Source: Octopus vulgaris
Lineage: Eukaryota
Direction of reading: 5' to 3'
DNA length: 64,000 nucleotides
Assembly: GCA_951406725.2 (NCBI GenBank)
Contig: OX597819.1
Location: forward strand, 57,722,001-57,786,000
Made by a program: the position numbers and the translations under genes. Positions 54,340 to 64,000 of the stretch are shown one piece after another. Each line of letters starts with the position of its first letter. Within the stretch, counting starts at the first letter, position 1. The notes under the pieces were generated by a model. It did not search any database. It saw only the letters and a program-made list of their open reading frames with translations, and was not told the DNA's origin.

Positions 54340-55200
54340 GGTAGTACGGAACTGCAGAAATAATGGAGAAAAAACATGTATAAATGCAGTACATTGTATG
54401 GAGAAGTGTAATGTATAATTGTAATACAGTGTTTTAAATATAATGTAAAATTGCAATACAAAGGGAGAAGTATAACGCAAAACTCTAATACATTGTCTGG
54501 AGAACTCTAACATGAAAATGTAAAATATTATACGGTGTAGCGCAATGTTAAAGTGTAATACACGTTATGGGAGTGCAATATTAAATCATAATCCGCTGTG
54601 TAACGAGGCGAAATGCAACGTGCAAAGTGTTGAATGGAGAAATGGGATGTAAAAGCGCAATACAATGAAAAATAAAAAGGTAATGAAATTTATAGAAGAG
54701 CAAAGGGAGAGTATAACACACTGTATAGAGAAGTGTAATGCAAAAGAGATATCCTTTTCGATATTGTACATACACTGTGTGGAGAGGTGCGATGTAACAG
54801 TGAAATATAGTTTATGGGGAAATGTAATGTAAAAAATGTAATACACTCTTCGTGAATTTAATATGCAACAGTGTTTAGAAAAAGTGAAATATGGTATATT
54901 GTAAACTGCGATGTGAAAGTATAATACATTGTGGAGAAGTGTATTTTAACAGTGTAAAACAATGTGAAGAGGAGTCTAATACAAAAGTGTAGTACATAGT
55001 GTAGATAAGTGTAATGTGAAAGTCTGGTGAACTGAATTGACAAATGTGATGTAATCGCGCAACACACAGTATAGGGCGGTTTAATTTAAAAGTACACTGC
55101 AGTGTATGGAGACATAATGTAAGCAGTGTAACATACTGTTTGGAGCAGTGTAATGTAAAAGTATGATACATGTGTAAAGACGAAGTGCCATGTTATATGA
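54340..55200. repeat. Old, diverged minisatellite (~33-36 bp; ATACAYTGTATGGAGAAGTGTAATGTAAAAGTGTA)
   Basis: Recurrent GGAGAAGTGTAATG / TAATACA motifs at roughly regular spacing. Confidence 0.75.
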
Positions 55201-55928
55201 CAATGAAACGATTTAATCCGAGGAAAATAGTTATCCGGGGAAATAGTAATAGTCTCTACATTGGCAATTATTAATTACAAAGAAAAAATTAATAACATGA
55301 AATAGAATACTTTGCCGTGAGGATGAAAAGAAATTTTAAGTTTCATGCAGGCTGCCTCGTCGGAGGAACATTCAACTAATAATATGCTTCTCGCCTTCAT
55401 TCACACTAAATTAATTCATTCCAGTTTATCTTTTTTTGTGAACATTTTATGTGGTTGAATGAAGATTTTAATTAATTTTCTGTGACGTAGATGGAGTGGA
55501 TTCCAGTTGATAATGATCATTTTAATCTTAAACATAGTATCAAATATGTCCACACCAGTACTTTACTGCGAGCAATTGTGGTATGATAAAAATAAAACTA
55601 TACATAACCACCTAATTGTGATTTATACTCATTGCATATTATACTTAAAATAATTTACCCATTGCTCCATGGATACTACTGTCCACTGAACTTGCTAAAC
55701 AGGTAATTATAAACCGAAAATCCTATAGTTTCATACGGTTTTTTTTTTTTTTTTGCCTCTTATTCTTCTATTAGTTTCAGTGGTTTTCTTTTGGGTGCAT
55801 TTTTTTCACTGCAGTTTTATTGAACAGCAAATGCAGGGCTCTGTTACTTTTTGGGGGTTACCTCAAAACATTGTCGGATACGTATTTCCTTTATCACCCA
55901 TCACTGTCTATAATCAAGCTTATACTCT

Positions 55929-56318
55929 CTCTTTACTCTTTTACTCTTTTACCTGTTTCAGTCATTTGACTGCGGTCATGCTGGAACACTGCCTTTAGCT
56001 GACCAAATCGATCCCAGGACTTATTCTTTGTAAGTATTTATTCCATCGGTCTCTTTTGTCGAGCCGCTAAGTTATGGTGAGGTAAAAACACCAGCATTGG
56101 TTGTTAAGCGATGTTGGGGGGACAAATGCAGACACACAAACATACACACACACATACATATACATATATATATATATATACGATACGACGGGCTTCTTTC
56201 AGTTTCCGTCTACCAAATCCACTCACAAGGTTTTGGTCGCCCCGAGACTATAGTAGAAGATCCTTGCCCAAGGTGCCACGCAGTGCGAATGAACCCGGAA
56301 ACATGTGATTGGACGGGA
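55929..56318 (-). mobile_element. SINE family A
   Basis: Reverse complement of 45906-46323; (CTCTTTTA) tail. Confidence 0.9.
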
Positions 56319-56379
56319 ATGATATAACTCAGTTCCAAAAGCAAGGTACTATATTTCTCTTCGATGCAGAGCAATATGA

Positions 56380-56443
<64 letters not shown>

Positions 56444-56821
56444 ACACACACACGTATATACTCATACATTTGCCTTTACGTTTTCTCTCTGACAGTCGCT
56501 AAGAATCAACTAATATATTTGTTCGATTTTTTTCTCTGTTTTAGGTTTCCTTTCCGCAGTATTACTTCTCTCACAACCATATTAAATATATGTTGACACT
56601 CCTGAAACATTTTGTCTCAAAGCATCGAAAATGCCACAGTTGTTTATGTGATAATGATGCATCTATCTGTTTATTTGTTTTCACCCGTTCCTTTCTTCTG
56701 ATCAATATTATCCATAAATTTCAAGTGACTCATGCATGTACCCCACCATCAGAAGATATTTTCTGGTATCTGATCAAGTTAATGAACAATATCAAGTAAT
56801 ACGCACACAAATACATGCACA

Positions 56822-56892
<71 letters not shown>

Positions 56893-56895
<3 letters not shown>

Positions 56896-57030
56896 CGTAC
56901 TTGCTGTGTAGTAAGTAGCTTGGTTATGAACCACATCGTTCCGGGTTCAGTCTGCTATAGCCTCGGGCCGACCAAAGCATTGTGAGTGGATTTGGTAGAT
57001 GGAAACTGAAAGAAGCTCATCGTGTGTGTC
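56893..57030 (+). mobile_element. SINE family A, 5' part with internal deletion
   Basis: Head and CTATAGCCTCGGGCCGACCAAAGC core. Confidence 0.85.
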
Positions 57031-58632
57031 AGTATACGATGAATTCCCTACACTAAATGCTTGCTTCTACCAGATTCTTCAAAAGATGACGTAGTGTGTG
57101 ATCAAACTCGGAACCATGGAGTCTGCAAAAATACTTCAATACTTCTGGGCTACACATCCACACCTGCAGCCCATATACAGGTAAACTGACGTGTATAATC
57201 GTGTAACGGATTTTATGTATTGTGTGCGTGTCCGCTGAGTCAGCAGAATTCAGGAATGTTGATTTCAATTAAAGGTTTTAATAGACTCTGATAAAGACAT
57301 TCCATCCTTAATAGACTCTGATAAAAGACATTCCATCCTTGACCATCCCATATTTTTTGTAATTTTAGTGCGGTAGCTCTCGGTTTGATTTTCCTCGCAG
57401 CATACTTTGGAATTAGTAAATATAATCGGGGAACTCTTCATGAATAAGATGTACAAACATATTAAAACAAGTATTTATATATTTCAACCAACAGAAAGCA
57501 ATCAAAGTTACAGAAAACCAGGTCTTCATTTGTTAAATGAAGCGCGGATTCTAAAATATTCTGCGTATTCTTTTAGTATACATTTTTTCTCATATTTTAT
57601 AAATAAAATTTCACTTCCACAATGCAGGCACACCGTTTAGGAAGCATTGATGGAGAGTGTAGACTGTCCAGTATTATTGTTATTCTTGTATTAACATAGC
57701 AGAATGTGATCTATGGGGATTTTATTGTTATTTCTTGTATTTAGATCGCCTGTTTAGGCGCCTCTGTTTTTGGTTTTATATCAGTGAAAGATAAACTGGA
57801 AGAAAAATTATAATATGGTTTGTAAACTAAACTATTCACATAATTTCAAGTGGAGAAATTATTTAAACATCAATTAAATGCGCTATGATGGTGACACAAT
57901 AGGGCATTATCTATGAAGTCGCAGGTGGTTCTCTCAAATTATTCCAACAAATAACATTCAGATGTGATTTACCAGCAGTTTCTTTCAACCGTTAAGACAG
58001 ATGCAATTATTGCTAGCAGCTTAACAGTGAAGCCATTTACTCTGCAAGAGTCAGAATTTGTTTCCTTAAAACTAAGTTTATTTGAGCCAATGTTCTTTGA
58101 AAGAGTCTCTTAAAAATTTGGTAATTGATACAAATAGCAGTGAAATGCTGTCTATAAACATTGCTGTTAAACTACTAATTTGCCTGTCTTTGGGATTGAG
58201 GTTTGGTAACTAAATGTAACTACCAGCTGGAGAAGCCTTTTCTCTACGTCGTACATATCGGCGTTTTCGTTTCTATACATTTCGATGTTCTCCGGCATAT
58301 CTAAGTTGTCTTGTAAATTTTAACTTTGTGCATTATCAATATACTAGTCATTTAAGTGCAATGATATTTGTTTCAAATTTTAGCACAAGACTCGCAATTT
58401 GAAAAGGCATGAACGATTACATGGACCCCAGTACTTGACTGGTATTTTATCCACCCAAAAGGATCGAATGCAAAACTGATCTTGATACAGTAAGTGATCT
58501 TGCATTCACGAATTTGAGCCATCAACCCCTTAGTTTGTCTACCAATCTACCAGTATACCAAGTCCTCTAAATAATAAATACATATAAAACACATACACAC
58601 GCGCACAAACACATACACACATCACATATATG

Positions 58633-58841
58633 TATGATAGCTGACAGAATCGTCAGCACACCGGGCTAAATGTTTAGCAGTATTTCGTCTGTCGCTACGT
58701 TCTGAGTTCGAATTCCACTGAGGTCTACTTTGCCTTTCATCCTTTCGGAGTCGATTAAATAAGTACCAGTTACGAACTGGGGTCGATGCAATCAACTTAA
58801 TTCCTTCCCCCAAATTTGAGGCCTCGTGCTTCCAGTAGAAA

Positions 58842-58845
<4 letters not shown>
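58633..58845 (+). mobile_element. SINE family B
   Basis: Colinear with other family B copies. Confidence 0.9.
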
Positions 58846-58897
<52 letters not shown>

Positions 58898-59541
58898 GTA
58901 TGTACATATGCATGTATGTATATCTGCGTGTGTGTGTGTTTAATACTGTATTTTAATAATATCGTTGAATGTGTGTCTGATGAATATAAGTTTGTGTTTG
59001 TGTCTGTGTAGAAGCCTTAAGCTTTTGCTGTTAACACAAAAGTACAAGTGGAAGCAATTTATATAGAAGTGAACACAAATTATTTTGAAACACATCCAAT
59101 GCCGTGCCAACACCATCGTTAAATCAAGATGTGGTAAGTTGATAATGATGAAAAGTGTCATTTTAAAATAGGCATTTGGTCTCTGGTGTAAGGCCGCGGT
59201 ACATGATAAAATCGATTGCCAGTGAAAATGAAGCGAAGCAGAATATAAAGCAATCGAATAAGAGATTAGTGCATTGTCAATACAAGTGTGTTTGAAATGT
59301 GATCAGAGTTATATTGCAAACTAGTGGTCAGATCGCTAATAAGTTTCCTGTCATCGCTAATTTGACATCATTTATGCAACTGTTTGAGAAAGTTTTACAG
59401 ATGTTTCCCATAATTCTTGCTGCTTCCCTAGTCACCAGGGAGGTCTAATGATATAGTAGCATGACTTTATATGTACGTACGTACATATATACATACACAC
59501 ATACGTAAATGTATCTAAGATGCATATAAATATACTAAGAA

Positions 59542-59580
<39 letters not shown>

Positions 59581-59903
59581 ATGTAATACGGAGTATAAGA
59601 GCATGTACGCATATACGAGCATCTTACATCTATAAATATTACGTTAATATTAATGTTCGGTTATGAAAAGGTGATGAGCTTGGCAGAATCATTAGCACGT
59701 CGGGAAAATGTCTTGAGTTCCTATTTCGCCGCCGTGGTCGACTTGGTCTTTCATACTTTCGATGTCGATAAAAGGGCACCAGTTGAGCACCGGATTCGAT
59801 GTTGTCGACTTAACCCTTACCCGAAGTCGCTGGCATTGTGCCAAAATTTGAAACTAATGTTACTGTTACGAATGCCTTTCTGTAAACTCATACACATGAG
59901 TGC

Positions 59904-59937
<34 letters not shown>

Positions 59938-60161
59938 TACCTCACAAAAGTATCTACACCCCTAAAAAATTTCAGTAAAATTGGTATTATTCTGATAATA
60001 TCGAAGGAAATCAAATGAAATTTATACTGAATAAAATATATTATACATGAAAACATTATTTGGAACACAAAACAATAAACATTTTCAAAGATGTGAAAGA
60101 AATATTAATTTTCAAACGTTACAAAAATACGTACATCCTAAAGGATTATTTATTACATTCA

Positions 60162-61426
60162 CTAATTGGTGTGACCGCCCTTGCCTGCAATGATTGCATT
60201 AAGACTTCTTGGCATGGAGTCGACTAAATTTCCGTACATTGCCGATGTAATCGACCTTCATTCATTCTGAATGATGTCTTTCAATTGTGTTACATTCCGG
60301 GGTTTTTCTCCTCAGCCTTCATTTTCAAAACACCCACATATGTTCTCTTGGGTTTAAATCAGGTGACATGGTAGGCCAAGCCTATACATTTACCGTTTTA
60401 TCTGATAGAAACTTAGTCGTCATCTTTGAAGTGTGTTCAGGTTCATTATCATGTTGGAACACCGAATATCTTCCTAGTTCCTTGGTGTTTTTCAACATTG
60501 TTTTCAGCAATATGTCACAATAAAGCCTTGAATCCATTGTTCTCTCAATAAATGTGAGTCCTCCCCCACCAGTCACACTCATGCATCCCCAAAGCATAAA
60601 ACTTTTGCCGCCGGTGCATTTGTCGCTATTATTTTCACCTAGTTGTCACCATACTCGTTTAATACTCTCTGACCCAAACAAGTCGATTTTAGTCTCGTCA
60701 AAACAAAAAATTTATTCCAAAACATCCTTCTCCTTACTCACGTAGGTTTCAGTAAAAGAAAGATGGCTCGATTTATGCCTAGGAGTGACGAGAGGCTTCC
60801 TACGAGAAATGCGTCTATGAAAACCACATTGGTTCAAATGTCTGCGAACTTTTGCGCGGATACACTCTTTCCACTGACGGAAGACACTTCTTGGGCGAAG
60901 TGTCTTCTGTTAAGGCGGCGAGCTGGCGGACACGTTAGCACGCCGGGCGAAATGCGTAGCCGTATTTCTTCTGCCGTTACGTTCTGAGTTCAAATTCCTC
61001 TGAGGTCGACTTTGCTTTTCATCCTTTCGGGGTCGATAAATTAAGTGCCACTTACGCACTGGGGTCGATGTAATTGACTTAATCCCTTTATCTGTCCTTG
61101 TTGGTCCCCTATATGTTTGACCCCTTGTGGGCAATAAAGAAATAAGAAGACACTTCTTGGGCCAAAGATAAAGAGGTACTTTGCCTGTCGTCCATCACGC
61201 AACCTTCGATGTGTTGAATATCGCGTACAGTTAAAATAGAAGAACGACCTGGATGATATTTATTACTTAGCCGTCCAGTAGCTTTGTACTTCTGAATTAC
61301 TTAGGCATCAGCGTTGACGCTAATATGTATTAGTTTGCTAATTAAGCTGTATCCTAAGCCATTCTTGTACAAATTAAAAATAATTTTCTTCAAATCTTCA
61401 GACAATTCGTTTCCTTTTGGTGCCAT
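60162..61426 (-). pseudogene. Tc1 transposase (DD34E), disrupted by stops, deletions and a SINE
   Basis: MAPKGNELSEDLKKII..., FDETKIDLFG, MLWGCMS, VFQHDNEPEH, WPTMSPDLNPREH (34 positions between D and E) and LVDSMPRSLNAIIAGKGGHTN*. Confidence 0.93.
60912..61145 (+). mobile_element. SINE family B inserted in the Tc1 transposase, 17-bp TSD
   Basis: TSD GAAGACACTTCTTGGGC at 60880-60896 and 61146-61162. Confidence 0.95.
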
Positions 61427-62211
61427 TTTAATCACAAAGAAGAAGATTTTCACCATGGTACACAAATCAGAATTCCTGAAGTTGCAATAACAATGACCAG
61501 TGCAAAATGCCAGGAGGAATAATTTATTAGAATTGAAATTATCAGCAATATCTGAATTTAGTAAAAAGAAGTGGATAAAATATTGAATATAGCAAATTTT
61601 CTTTAAGGTGTACATATTTTTGTAAAGTTTGAAAATTGATATTTCGTTCACATCTTTGAAAAAGTTTATTGCTTTGTGTTCTAAATTTGTATAATGTTTG
61701 CATGTATAATATATTTTATTCAGTATAAATTTCGTTTGATTTCCTTCTATATTATCAGAGTAATGGAAATTTTACTGAAATTTTTTAAGGGGTGTATATA
61801 CTTGTGTGAGAAACTGTGTGTATGCATGTATACACTCACATATATAAATATATTGATACTATAATATAGATATGCGTGTTCACATGTGAGAGTGCGTTTG
61901 TGTATCAGTATTTCTATATGGAAATTATAAAACATTACTTTATAAAAATTATAAGTTACAAAATTTCTCAAAGTTTCTCTCCCCATAAAAATGTTATAAT
62001 TAAGTTTGTCTTAAATCAATGGATGCAGACATCAAGGGCTATGTAAAAATCATTATGTGGTGAGAAAATGCCGCAGTTACTCCAATGTCGAATATTATTT
62101 TCCTTTCTTCAGCTTATAGGAATGACAATTATCATTATGTTCCATAATTATTTGACCAATTCAGTTGTCAGAGTATTAACAAGTGTATTGCTTGGTGAAT
62201 GTGTAATATTC

Positions 62212-62814
62212 TTTTCTACTCTAGGTACAAAGCCAGAGATTTTCAGGAAAGGGCAGTCGATTAGATCGGCCCCACTCCCCAGTACGCAACTGGTACTTAA
62301 TTTATAGACCCTGAAAGGATAAAAGGCGAAATCGACCTCCGCGGAATTTGAACTTAAAACGTGAAGACAGACGAAATACCGCGAAGAATTTCGCCCTGCG
62401 TGCTAACGCTTCTTTTTTACTCTAGGCACAAGGCCGAAAAATTGGGGTGGGGGTGGACGCTCAGTCTATTAGATTGCCTCCAGTATGCAACTAGTACTTA
62501 ATTTATCGACCCCGAAAGGATGAAAGGCAAAGTCGACCTCGGCGGAATTTGAACTCGGAAGGTAAAGACAGACGAAATATCTATTTCTTTACTACCCACA
62601 AGGGGCTAAACACAGAGAAGACAAACAAGGACAGACAAACGGATTAAGTCGATTACATCGACACCAGTGCGTAACTGGTACTTAATTTGTCGACCCCGAA
62701 AGGATGAAAGGCAAAGTCGACCTCGGCGGAATTTGAACTCAGAACGTAATGGTAAACGAAATAAGGCTACGCATTTCGCCCGGTGTGCTAATGATTCTGC
62801 CAGCTCGCCGCCTT
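62212..62814 (-). mobile_element. Three head-to-tail family B SINE copies (62212-62413, 62414-62579, 62580-62814)
   Basis: The core AAAGTCGACCTCGGCGGAATTTGAACT occurs three times. Only the last copy has the full head. Confidence 0.92.
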
Positions 62815-63379
62815 GGAGAATATACAATATTGTAATCGTGTGTGCATGGAAATCACCGAGTTAAATACTTTGAGAATCCATGGAAATTAAGAAAATAATA
62901 TGAGTCATTCAGCAAATGGTGTCTTTTCTACATATAATAACACAACTCCTTTCAGGTATTATGGAGCTACTCAGCATACGATTGGTACTTCGGAAGTATG
63001 CTTTTGAAACCATTTGTAATGTCCCGAAATTTTGGATACATACAAAGTTTATAATTTACCTTATGTCAAATTTGTTGCTGACGAAACGAATAGCTTTCTT
63101 CAGAAAAATATTTATTACCTGGAAATGAAATTAAATAAAACAAATTTTTCATTCGTATATTTCCAATAAATATGTTATCATTTTCCTTAAATTTTTCAAC
63201 GTAAGCGCAATCTACTCCTTGAAAATGTTGTCTCTGCAAATTTTTATAAAACAGAAATTGGTATTTTTCAAAGTTTTGAGACGTTTATCCTGGACGCCTT
63301 ATGTAAACTCTCTCATTCTTTCCTTTTACCTCCTCCTCTCCTCCTCAGTTCAATGTTAAGAGTAATTGGAGAGTCAATT

Positions 63380-63690
63380 CATCTTTTATCTTTTACTAGT
63401 CTCTATCATTAGATTGCAGCCATGCTACAGCATCGCCTTCAAAATTTTTAAATGAAAGTATCGTTCCCAGTACTTACTTTTTTATACCTGGTACTTATAA
63501 TATCGGTGTCTTTTGAAGAGGAGGTAAACACACGAATACCGGTTGTCAAGTGGTGTGGGGGAGACAGACAGAAAGGAACAAACACACACACACACACACA
63601 AACACACACATACATACACATACAAGCATACACACACACACATGAACCCATGCAAATTCTTTGGCTGCTGAGGAACCGAAAATCTGAAAG
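63380..63690 (-). mobile_element. SINE family A, diverged and partly deleted
   Basis: TGCAGCCATGCTACAGCATCGCCTT tail, CCGGTTGTCAAG motif and (CA)n core. Confidence 0.65.
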
Positions 63691-64000
63691 GAACATTCCA
63701 AAATGTGAGCACAGGTATCATTCATTGATATCTCAACCCTAGATGCACTAATTTGTCAGGATTTTTGTTACATATCTCCCTAGCTATGTCATCATATAAT
63801 TTTACGATTAATTAAACATTTAAGAATATTACATTATTATTTTCAGCCCTATTGTTAACATTGAACAATGTTAAGTTATATTGAATAATATTAAATAATA
63901 ATCAATAATGCATTGGACGTTATTTTATTTCATAATGAAAATCAAAGCCCATTTGCATTTATAATTAACCAGTTATTTATGGTTCATTTTAATCGACTGT

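Larger units (their letters stand above)
59935..61816 (-). mobile_element. Tc1-family DNA transposon, IR/DR type, full length but inactive
   Basis: TIRs at 59935-60143 and 61601-61816 begin CA(T/G)T..CTCACA.AAGTAT.TACACCCCT. TA precedes the left end; the right flank is TG. Confidence 0.95.

Noticed and set aside
57278-57338. 30-bp tandem duplication (also 21 bp at ~4231-4273, 20 bp at ~53523-53560, and a 24-bp spaced repeat at 43340/43404)
   Set aside because: These are ordinary local slippage duplications with no further structure.

Overview
AT-rich animal (eukaryotic) non-coding DNA made almost entirely of microsatellites and nested, mostly decayed transposable elements. The SINE families and overall style resemble an octopus/coleoid cephalopod genome; this is inferred from pattern recognition, not from a search. 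I found no host gene exon that I can support, and nearly all long ORFs in the track are microsatellite artefacts. Recognisable elements are: a composite Helitron (955-4118) holding a CR1-like RT fragment fused to a Pif1 helicase pseudogene; a second Helitron 3' end (6867); a complete 385-bp non-autonomous Helitron (34998-35382); a 5' piece of an L1/Tx1 LINE; several Dong/R4-like and other LINE relics; at least four tRNA-derived SINE families; a Merlin-like MITE with an 8-bp TSD; and a full-length IR/DR Tc1 element (DD34E) broken by a SINE. The most interesting signals are RNA-structural. An apparently intact type I hammerhead ribozyme lies on the minus strand at 32069-32137, inside a ~500-bp non-coding unit with terminal direct repeats. 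A second, variant hammerhead fold (40412-40484) lies in one arm of a ~77-bp inverted repeat that brackets a 1.8-kb palindromic 52-bp satellite with a 5-mer higher-order repeat. Together these suggest families of hammerhead-bearing non-autonomous Penelope-like/retrozyme elements that sit in (TA)n tracts, one of which has seeded a satellite.
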